Positions 1-12,100 of a stretch of 64,000 bases of DNA are shown here, one piece after another; positions within the stretch are counted from its first letter, which is position 1, and every line of letters begins with the position of its first letter. The notes beneath the pieces were generated by a model. It saw only the letters and a list, made by a program, of their open reading frames with translations, did not search any database and was not told where the DNA came from. A program made the position numbers and the translations under genes. Source of the stretch: Owenia fusiformis (taxonomy: Eukaryota); the NCBI GenBank assembly GCA_903813345.2, contig CAIIXF020000001.1, forward strand, positions 29,822,001 to 29,886,000, read 5' to 3'.

Positions 1-33
1 GTTGATCAAAAGAGCAAGCCAGAAGATACCTAC

Positions 34-111
34 TTGTGCCAGTGGAGTGAATGTAGCCAGGCTATCGTGTAACATAGAATGTTCAGCCAGGCATATATTC
101 ACCAGCTCAGT
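34..111 (-). CDS. HPS3: HPS3 coding exon 13
   Basis: TELVNICLAEHSMLHDSLATFTPLAQ; tttag/gtaggt. Confidence 0.78.
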
Positions 112-3100
112 CTAAAATTTAAAATTGATACATTAAAGTTATTTGTAATATGTAATTTTTGTAATATATTGATTCAATCATGATAATGTTTTTTTAATAA
201 TAATTTACTAATTCTAATAAATCAAGATCGACACCTTTTCCCGAAATAACTAGATAACGGCAACTCCGCGGAGTAGCAAATCCCAACGAACAAAATATCA
301 ATTAGCGAATTCCAATCAATTATACTCATTACTTTGGTTAAAATTGAAAAAATTAGATTTTAGAATTGCGAATTCCTGCAAAGCAGCCATTTTGAATTTT
401 CTGAGATACAAATCTGAAAGATAATACCATAATTGTGATTTACTCCAAAATTCCTTCAATTTGAGTATAATATAGCCATACTTTGAAGGGATCGAAAAAT
501 TATTGCGAAATCGTACATTAGATGGCCATTTTGAATTTTACGAGGCTCGAATCAGAAAAAGATACAATATTTGCAATCTACTCTTAATTGCCTTTCATTT
601 GAGTATAATAAAGCTATACTTTAGAAAGATCTAAAAATTAGCGAAGATTTCTGTTTTCATGTCCCCCATACACGGCCCCTGTGGGTCAGGATGAAAAACA
701 CGGAATATATGTGAAATAGATAAATGTTGTGAATATACTACCAAAATTTCAAACAATAATATTAATAATTACTTTGGTTCAGAATGAAAAATTTATGATT
801 TTTGCGAGCGGCGGCCATCTTGAAAAATTTTTTTTTTGCGTAAAACTATTCACCAATATACATCTTTCCACTAAATATGAAGAAAATCCATCTACTAGTA
901 TTTGAGTTATCTTCCGGACAGACGGACGGACTGACTGACTGACTGACGGACGGACGGACAGATGGACGGAGGGCTTCACTATATCCCTACCGAACTTCGT
1001 TCGTTGGGATAATAAAATAATATAAACAGTGAGAGATGTTTTTGCTATAGTTTCCAAATCCTATTTTTGAATGGGATTAAACAGAGAGAATATACCTTAT
1101 ATCATATATAGTATTATTATTTATCCCACGATTAATGTGTTATCTGTACAATAACAGCTATCGATATTTCTGATATTATTGAAATCCGTGTGATATTTTC
1201 CAGAAAATCGTTTATCAAACTCATATGCGTGTGATATCGTTTATCTCACACATATCCGTGTGATATCACATCTGCATTTCGCGCCACAATATTGTTGGAA
1301 ATTAGGTCAGATAATTTATTCTCTTTTGAGAAAATTGGTCCGTTAATTTATTCTCTTTAAGTTTCATTGGTGTATTGAATTACGATTGTGTATATAATTT
1401 GATAAGAAGGCTGCTAACTAACGATTAAAAAATGGTATTTATGAAGAACAATAAAGTGTTTCAAATGATATTCTAATTTCTAGTTTATATTGTCTGCCAA
1501 TGCCCTGGAAATTGGATCAGAACTTCACAAGGTGATTGTAATCATGGGATAAACCCAATATCACATAACTTCTCGTGATATCATTTTATCACCTCGTAGA
1601 TATCAAATATCAACACTCAATCGCTTCGCTCACTCGTGTTGATATTTGCTATCAACTCGGCGATAAAAATGATATCACTCAAAATGATGTGATATTCTGT
1701 ATATATTATTACAGAGGTCATTAATATTATTATATATTAATATGATATATCATCTGAGAAATAAAATGACCAAATTATCAACTAACCACTGCAAATATAG
1801 AACCTCTTGTATATATAACCTTTATCTAACTAAATGTACCTTTGACATGGCAAAGATGCACATTGAGGCCTCATCCATGTCTCCTAGTGCCAGGTGCAGG
1901 TTGGCAAGACAGAGTAAGTCTAAGCTGGACCTTTTGGTAGACCCCTCATCAATGTAAATCTTCAGCACAGAGGCTGCTAATTCTGAAAGTATAATCATTA
2001 TAGTAACTTAATTAATCCTTGATTCATTTTGGATGGTTTCAGAGAACGAAAGTCCAAGAATTTTTCCATGAATATGTGTATCAACAAGTTTTATGGAAGA
2101 ATTGTATCAATGATATTGATGTATATATCATATACGTGTATTTAACTCATTTCTACTTTTGTCATATACATAATTTTGATCTTAGATTTTCATGATTTTT
2201 TGATTATTGTGATTAATTTTTGTACCTAAAATTAACTTGTTCTCAATAATGTAATTGCCAAACAGGTCAAAATTCAAAATACATGTAAAAGTGTCACATT
2301 TCATTTATGTTTGAGTGGAACAATCAAGGTCCTCGAGGTCACAAAAAGAAAGTAAACAATAGCGGAAATTTAGGACTTAGGTTTTTCCATTACCAAAAGC
2401 ACACAGCTTTCATTTTCTGAATCTTCATGACTAACAACTGACATTTAGTTATATTAGTTAAAATGGAATAGGCCTAGCATAGAACCTGGTTTATACAAGA
2501 TAAAGGCTAACATGCTTTAGAACACATGTATTTCAGAATGATAGGGGAAGCAGGGCAAGCAGGGCAAGCAGGGCAAGCAGTTCATTTGTTCTGTTGTACA
2601 GCAAATGACTCCTTATAGAGGAATAATGGGATTTTCTCACATCCACTTTGACCACAGGATCTAAATATGCATTTTCAAATAACAACTGCCTGAAGTGAAT
2701 TTTCTCCTAATGAGAGATTCTCACCTTGAGAGTATCCAGTTAGTCTTGAATGTAGTATGACATCAGAGAGGACCTCTGGTTCCTTGTTGCTATAGATACT
2801 GAGTATCTGGTCACATGTAGCCTATAACATAAATGATTATTTTGTATCTAATTATCACTTCTCCCAACGATTAAACTAGGAATGAAATGTAAATGCTGTC
2901 ATTAGTGTTATATCTTGGCAGTTTTATTAAAATGTTGGAAGGGTGGAATGTGAAAAATACAATGTATGTTTTGAAGGTTCTGGATGGGAGATAGGATAGT
3001 GGTGGATCCAGAGGCTAACAAGGGTGGGGCCCAAATTTTGAGTCAGTAAAAAATTTAAGCCCATTTTTTTAAATTTGGCCTAAAATTTTTTGAGGCCCTT

Positions 3101-6100
3101 CAAAATTTCTGGGCCAAAAATCCTTGGGACCCTAATATTTTTTTCTAGGCCTACAAAAGGGAGGGGTATAATGAAGTATAATGAAGTAATAAATAATGAA
3201 ACATGTAATAACAGTGTACTCACATTTGGCAGATTGAGTTTACTGCTGGTGTCCTGGAATATAAGATGGTTCAGGTAGTGAATGACTCCATCTCCATACC
3301 CCTCCTGTAACAAACAAACTACCATTCATTAAGATAGATCTGAAATGTTGCAGTGCAGTTTCTGTATTGAAGAATGTACCTAGGACAGATCTACTGAGCA
3401 AGATTAAAATTCAGACCAGTTGTCATGTTATCCTACGTATATGGTTAACAAACAAGTAAATTCCTTCTGTTTCAAAAAATTGATCCACTGTAAATCAAAG
3501 GCATCAAACCATGAATAGTACAAAGGCAGTGAACAGAATGACTATCATAGTTGCTACTGGGCCGATATATGTCTGACGTCACACATGACCGCATAATATC
3601 CCTAAGCAACGAGCAAAAAGCAAATTTCCAAAAGATGACATCATTTAACATCCGGGCTTTGTTCACTTGAGGGAAAAGTGAAACATAGAAGCAAGAAAAG
3701 AAATCTATGGTTTCTGTTTTTTCTTGCTAAAAATCAACCCTAGGTTTAGTTCTCCAGAATATAAAACCTGTTTTGAAAGTAACTTCCAAAATTGTGGTTG
3801 ATTTTGCAAAAAGGCTAATTTAATAAAACCTCAAAAATCTTTTAGGCTTACAATAACAAATGTTTTTTGGGTCCTCTTCTGGGGAGCCACCCCTTCCCAA
3901 GGCTCTCAATGAGTTACCTTTTGGTTTTCAAGTTTCATCTGCTGAAACTGTTCCATGATCTCTTCAACTGGTAGACTGGACATGTTATAGTAAGGCAAGG
4001 CTAGTTGACTCTCCTCTGCACTACCTCTGTAAAGAACAAAAAAATTTGTTTGACAAGAGTCGAGTGTTCAAATGGTCATTATATGAAGAGGAATAATTTC
4101 TAGTCATATGTGAGTTATTCACATTGCCCCTCAGCACAATGAATTCTAGCTTAAACACACGTGTTGTAGGCCTACATGTTGTAGTATCTATAATGATTGT
4201 TGTCAGATCAAATGCAACAAAAAATGAATACAAAATATATTTTGCCCTGAATTGACTTTAGCCTAACCTGAACTGAAGATGTCATCACAATATAAGTGGT
4301 ATACAAGGCATTAACATGACAAAATGTCACCACCTAGTTGCTCACAATATTATTAGTTCAAACTTAAGTCAGATTTGAATTTTGAGAACTCTGTAGATGA
4401 TTTTGAAAAAAATGTCAATTTGAAACAAGTTTTTGACCCTGAGAAGGTCATTGAAGGTGAAATCTCAAATCTAAAGTCAGATTTGTACTTCTGAGAACTT
4501 GAAGATGATTTTGAAAAAAGTCAATTTGATCATCGAATTGAAGCGAGTTGAAAAAACACTTTTTTGACCTTGAGAAGGTCATTGAAGGTCAAATCTTTTT
4601 TTACCTTGAAAATGTCGCTGAAGGTCAAATCTATATTCAGCTTTGAAATTTTGAGAACTTGTAGAAGATTTTGAAAAAATGGTCAATTTAAAGCAAAGCA
4701 AAGACCTTTTAATCTTTTTTGACCTTGAAAAGGTCACCGAAGGTCAAATCTTAATTCTAGAGTCAGATTTGAACTTCTGAAAACTTGTAGATGATTTTGA
4801 GAAAAATTGAAGTCAGTCTAAACAGTATTTTACTGGAAGTTGTAAAGACACCAATCGCCAACCGCCGCCAACTGCCGCCAACTGCCGACTGCCATCCAAA
4901 AAATTGAGATCATAACAATATGTCACCACTTTTTGATGGTGACATAAAAACTATGTTACAGAATTGAACAGTGTAGTTAGTCATCAAAAATCAGTCAATG
5001 TTTTCAAATAATGAACAGTAAATAACCAATCTGATTGGTTGAGAGTATTTAGCTATACTGTAGTTGAATATAATTGCATGGTGCTGGAAACTAGAGAAAC
5101 TAGAGAAACTAGAGAAACTGGAAACTTACTTGCAGTAACACTGGGCCAACAGAGAGCAAGATTCACAGAGTAGGGCATTAGCTGACGTGTCTCTGTTCTT
5201 GGTGAAGCTACAATGTGACCTGGCAACCAGGTGTGCCTCTTGTAGTAGGTGTAAGTAGGCAGGGGGACCTGTAGTCTTGTGTTGGCAACCAAACTCCAAC
5301 TTGAAAATCAGAGTGAATCAGATTATATTTAGAATAATGGAAGTCACAAAGTATTGAAAGCTTTCTATTGCTATGAGAACAGGCATGTTTTCGAGAGGGA
5401 GGTACATGCCTTTATTCAATGATGTTGGTAACCTTGCGATACAGACCTTTTTATACATTATCTATATCATGCTTGAATCATAGAATAACTTAATACCATG
5501 TACACCACTTAAGAACACTTAATTTGAGAATTTCAGGTCTTAAATAAGGTTACTAGAAAAATGAGACCTGTTTATGAGAGACTTGATGAATAAATATAAA
5601 TAATTAAGGACTCACAGCCCCTGTGCTCACACAGTGAACTGGAACGAAAATGTGACTTTTGATGTCAAAATTGCCAATTTTTTAATCCAAGAGGACTCAG
5701 AAAATGGTGGTGATCGGTCAAAATGAAAACAGAACTTCATTGGATTTGAAAACGCAGACAATTTTTTTGTGGAGATTAAAAGTGAACACCAAATTTATTT
5801 ATATAAAATGTGACTTTGATTTAAATTCCAGATTTATCAAAACTATGAAGACTGAGAAAATGGCAGTAACAGGTGAAATAGACACTGTAGATATAATACA
5901 CATAAAATCTAAATCCAAAATGAATAGTACATGTAATTTGCACTGCGAATGATGATAGAAGATGGATGAACGAACAGACTGGTGGTCAGATGGATGTACT
6001 TTCCTTAGGCTCATTTTAGGAGTCAACAAGAACTACATAATGTACTAATGAACATGTAGACAAAAATAATTATAAAATACCCACTAAAACATAACATGCT

Positions 6101-9100
6101 AATGAAAGTGGGTAGATATGCCAAGGCATCTGTCAATGAATGTAAATATGTACTTTCGAAGATTAGTAACATTTTGTTATAATACAAATGAATCCAACAT
6201 AGAAAATGTTTCCTTGACACTCTCAGGGACTTCTGATGTTTCATAAAAATTCTTTAGACTTGCTACGAGTCTTTTCGCCTCCTTTCAAACATCCCCATGC
6301 AAGGAGAAGTAGATGGGGGTCCAACGGTTTAATGTAACAAGAAAAATGATTACACAATTTAAAATTTAGCTAAGTTCATTTATCATCCATTCAGAAAATT
6401 TGGTTAATATTGTGCAAATGATCACACTACTATTCTTACATTTCCATATTCAGAACCTCCAAATCTCCCTTTCAAGGGCATACTTCCCGCTTTTAAACAA
6501 AACTTTGATAAGAAATGTGAAAAAAATATTTGAAAAATATGAAAAAATGTTGATTTTTAAAAAACTTTACTGAGTATACAGTCCCTCGGGTAGATATGCA
6601 TCATATCCCTCTGGATAAACCCCGTATCCAAAACCTCCCAGTACATAACTCTTATAGTATATCACATACCATATCTTGGTAGATTTGAGCTGGACTGCTG
6701 TTTCTAAGTGCATAGACACTCCAGTTACCTTCACTGGAATAGAACATATGAGAACTTCAGTTTCACAATAAATGAAATTATTTGTAATGACAAAATGTTC
6801 AAATGATTGAAATAAACAGTGGAATGGCAGCATTGTGTCTGTGCTTTGGTGAGGTTTTCTTCTGAACTACTACAAGCATAGACAAGGTACAAATCCATGT
6901 TTGTACTACATAACAATGCACAAAGGAGGATTTTTTAAAGGTTGTTATTGAAGGTGAATGGTGTTCATTTAGAGAAATCATTTTCTTCTTTCATATTTCT
7001 ATAAAATAAGGAAAAGAGGTCATGGGCATTTATAATAATAATTATTGTAACATTGATTTGCTCCAAGTTCTGAAAGGATCAAGCTAATAAATCAAACCCC
7101 TATTAACCATACAGGCTCACCTTTGAGAGTCCTCCATATCCTCAACCTTAGACATGAGCACCAGGTGTCTTCCTTTAACACACATGTCCTGGACACCTAT
7201 GAATGGCTGCATACCAATCAGGCAGATATCTAAGTCCATCTTTGGGATTGCCTGCAATGAAAGAGACAGCTGTCAAAATATGGCCAATCAAGTATACTTA
7301 CTAATTTCACCACCAGGTGGCTGCTTTGGGTTAATCAACATGGCAGATATATATGAAAGTTTCCTTAAACTTGAATATTATATATACGTATTAGTGTAAG
7401 TGGATCAATATTCATATAGGCTAATCATTATGTGTCTGATTTGATTATGCTAATGAATATATGTCCAGTAAAAGAAAATATTATCTGGCCAACACAAGAA
7501 AAAATATTTCATTTTTTTGTGATTTTGTAACATGGGTTCTATGGGAAATCCCCGACCTAGAAGTCACATTTTCAAAGAAGACTTTTCAAAGTTGGTAAAT
7601 ACTTTTTTAAACCATATTTCTAGATAGAATTTTACATGTAGCCTTCAAATATGATATCCCTTTAACTCATTTTGAATGTTTAATGAAGTAAATCAAGATT
7701 ATTTCTACTCGTATCTAGTATACTGCCAATATCTACAGTACAGTCCAGAGCAGCCATCACACCTCGGTGCGACGATCGATGCACCGAACGACGCGCCGAC
7801 TGGTGCAACGATCGATGCAACATTGGCGCGCCAAAGTGCATCTCGGTGCATTTCAAAGATGCACCGATCAGCACGTTTAATGCGCCGACCGACCCATTTC
7901 TCTATGCAACGTCCAATGTGCATCGGTGGATCGAGGAATGCATCGATCGATGATGTAACAATGGTTTTGGATCCAATTAATTGTAAATACTTCCTATTCA
8001 TTCTCGAGAATATTCATGTTTGTCAGAAGCTGCAACTGAGCATTCCTCTTATACATTTATAAGAACACTTACATTTGTGACATTGTCAACTACTTCAATA
8101 TTATGTAGGGCTGTAACATGACATCTAGTTGTGTAAGTCTCTATCCCTGTGTCAGTAATGGCATGTAGCAGTATGGGGCTGATCACAACCTGCAATAATA
8201 TGCAGAAAATAAGCGTTAATTAAAGGCATGATTCCAATAAGGTAATGCAATATGATTCTGAAATTCAGATAACTTTAGAAAAAGCAGCTCTGTAAAGTAT
8301 TTGTTTCAAACTTTAAAAGTATAATGGCTGGATCTCTTCTTTGAAAAAAATGTTACCCAAAGATCGTTATAGAAAACTACTCTCTAAATAGGAATGATCA
8401 TCTTATAGTTTGGGATTCAACCACTCAGGTAACACTTCGGGGCTACAGGATAATGCAATCCAGAACTATCTTAGAGGGGCTATATGTCGATTGGATCAGT
8501 GAGTTAAGAAATTTATGAGTTACGTGGAGTATGGGTCAATCGCTTTGACCATGGGCTTTCAACTATTCTTCACCTTTTTGCTGTTTGATGTGTATGGGTA
8601 CATAGAAAGCAGTTTCACATCTGAGCCTACTATGTTGTATAGGAATCCTTCTCTGTTGCTACTGATGAAACAGCTTAGGGACACTAGGTTGCCATGGCGA
8701 TCAGAATGGAATGGATTCTGGTCATTCGAGAGCTTGGCTGCCTTGGAACTCTTGGCTGAATAAATAAAGATACACATAGATTTTTAAATGTTCTAGCTAT
8801 TAAGATGGGAAATGCTGCACTGATTTATGATATGCGCAATTCATAACAGGAACATTTTGTACTAATTTTCCTTTTTTCATAAATTGAAAATTTTCTTCAC
8901 TAAAATGTGGGAAGTTATTAGTATTAGTATGGTAATGTATTGACAGACTGCACCTGAATACGTGTTATTACACAATGACATTTCTTTAAGGTTATTGTGA
9001 CCTCACAAACAGGTTAAAAGTTTAGTAAGAACATATTGATCTCTCTATTCATTATTGATTACATGGGATTGCCATGACAAAACATAAAGCCCTGCTAAAA

Positions 9101-12100
9101 TTAAATTCCATGAATAGACTATCGTAAATTGTTTGACCGCAATAGTTTATAGTCTACAGTCAGAGACAGGAGTGGCACCTGAGGTGGTGTGATAACTTCA
9201 ATAGGATATGGGGAATCCCCTTGTAAATCTGATGAAATATTAACTTTTGTACAACTGACTCACCCAAAGTATAAACAGGTACAAGTTGTAACGAGTGCAA
9301 ACTGGTATCCATTGGTGGAAACTTCCTATACAGATATGTCGTAACCTCTTCTTTTATCAACTTACAATCTGAAAATGATTAAATCTTTGTCTGATATGAG
9401 CATTATATTTGTTGTTAAAAGTTTAAGTCTCAAAAATCAACCTTGCTAATTAAAGAATGAATCATTTAATAGATCCATTTAAATCTTACAAAAAACTTAC
9501 AAGCCAACAAGATCATCAAGTTATCAAATAGTAACATATAACCTTCTAAATCAAGATAACCTTAAAAATAAAGATTATCCTGAATCATAAAGTTAGAACT
9601 GTTTGACTTCTTGATCTACCAATGTATTACATATAACTGGAGGAATATACTGGTTTAACAGTATGACTGTTTGACTTTTTAGAAAAATAGCATGACATGC
9701 CAACAAACAAATATTAAACTTAAAATTTTTTACCAAATCCATCAACTGGTATTTGATTTATCAAACATTACATTTCTTTAAAAAAATGGCGGCTATTTTG
9801 AAATGAGTGGCCATATAGAAAATGTGTCCTTAAGTACAGGTCCTTGCCCCATAAGATAAATTCCATAATTTGGTCCATAAGTGGTATATCTAGGTTATCA
9901 AAAGTTGGGCGGGACTCAAGACCAAAGCCAAAACCCACAAGTGAAAGGTTGTGTAGTGAATGTGGGGTAATTGAGGATGAGCTTCACTTTATCACAAGCT
10001 GTACGGAGAACTTTTAAAACACAGAGAACTTTTGTTTGAAACTTTTGTTTGATCTGAAACAGTGCAAATATCCAGATAAACTGTTTGAAACTATTATCTC
10101 TAGTAAAAGCTCTCATGTTAACTTACATTTAGCCAGTATATCACTCTTTTAAAAATTTGGAAAATGATTCAGATTATGTAAACATTTCTAAAAAACACAT
10201 GTATTATGGATACACCACACTGATATTCTGTTATCATACCCTGACATGTGAAACTGATGTAAAGTAGTTTTGTAATATGTAGTTGTAGTTTGTAGTTTTT
10301 TGTACACTGTAGTGACTGATATGTCATTTACATGACATGGTTTTTGAGTCAATAAAAGATATATAAAAAACATATATATTTGATCACTGCACTCATATAA
10401 AGGAATAGACGGATGAATGGATAAACAGACGGAAGACCTCTCTATATCTCTACAAGACGGCTGAAATGTAAAATTGTTAACTTCAGTGATCTCTACAGGA
10501 TTTTTTTTCAAGTGGGTGCAAAATTCGCATTTTCACAATTCTGTCCAAAATTGGTCAAAATATGCCCATTTTCATGATTTTTTCATTTCAAGTGGGTGCA
10601 AATGGATTTTCAGTTGGGTGCAAGCCTATTTTTAGAATCTCAGGTGGGTGCTGCGCCCACTTGCTTTACTGAACTATTCAGATGATACTTTTTAACTAAC
10701 CTCTGCACTCAGGGTAGCCACAAATTTGGTATTCCCTTTACCATGGTAATCTACTTATATTGTAGATCCTGAACAAAAATGACTTACGGGAATTCCAAGT
10801 CTACAAAAAAAGAGTCTAGAATAAAGAAATAGATTTAGCTTAGATTCCAAATCAACAGGACTTAATAGGACTCTGATGCAGTTATTTCATATTTATTAAG
10901 CAAAAGTGAGACAACAGACAAATCAATAGCATCAATTGAAAGGAGCATTCACTCAGAAACAACATAGACATACAATGGGTAAGTGCTTATGATCTTTTAA
11001 GCTTAAGTATAGTATAATCATGCACATTTCTTGTTCATTTGAAGAAAATGGTTTTATCTAAAAATTAGGGAATCAACATAGTCTGACAGAAAAACAGTGT
11101 AAAACATGAAAAGACCATATCATCAAATATGAGCAAGTACTGATCAGAAATCAGTATTAAAGGGGCATCAAGGCCTGTAGAGAGAAAATTTGAAAAAATT
11201 TACTTTTTCTGAGCTATCAGGGCAACATCTGGCTAAACATCTTTGGCATACCTATGAAACATCCAAACTTAAACATATTTTGACACTAGTCCATGATTGT
11301 GGAATAATGTGCTGATTGTTGTACCTTTAATTTTCACAAAATTCATTCAGACACAGAAACATTATCAATCTATAATACTGATAATACCTAATGATTTATC
11401 TTCATACATGTATCTAAATTCTTCTTTTTTAGACCTCCATAGAATGAAAATGCTGCATGGCTTCATAGCACTTACATTTACTGTAGCTCTCTGTAGCTCT
11501 TCTAGTATAACATGCAATGAGTATGATAAAAGATTTAGTCGCCCCGGGGAGGATAATGAGTTCTACTGCAGAGACATATGCACAAAACAATTCCAACACT
11601 ATGAAAAAGTCTGCTTAGCAGACCAAGGTGTAATGGATAACTGTGGTGGTAAGATTCTGATTCAATTTTAGGGTTAATTATACTTTAATTAAAATTTCTG
11701 ATATAAGCTGGGAAAGCCCTGAATAACTGAAGTATAGAATGATTATACAGTGTACATGTATTTAGTCTTCTAATATTTGTTTTTAAATCAAGTTAATAAT
11801 CATGTTGCCCTCATATAAAAGATATACATAGATTATCCTATATGAGGTTCAGGATATTGGGATTATCCCAAGGCCAATATAATATATTTGCCCGAGGGCC
11901 GCAGGTCCCGAGGGGAAATATATTATATTGGCCTCGGGATAATCCCAATATCCTGAACCGACTATAGGATAATATGTTTATCCCATACCAATCTTGGTCA
12001 TCTGGTTCACATTGTTCAATCGTGGAAATATTTTAGAATATTCATGTCCAGTTTTGTTTTCTTGGCTGTGGGCGGATTTTCCTCAAATATTCCCACATTT

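Noticed and set aside
6729-6998. Candidate larger HPS3 exon
   Set aside because: It has an in-frame stop; the 6670-6733 exon fits both phase and homology.
7676-8062. Overlapping ORFs on the GC-rich ATCGATGCA repeat patch
   Set aside because: This is an intronic short-repeat patch, probably a TE remnant, with no splice or homology support.
10701-10768. Candidate minus-strand HPS3 exon with AG/GT boundaries
   Set aside because: It has stops in all three frames, and exons 21693 and 9368 already join in phase.
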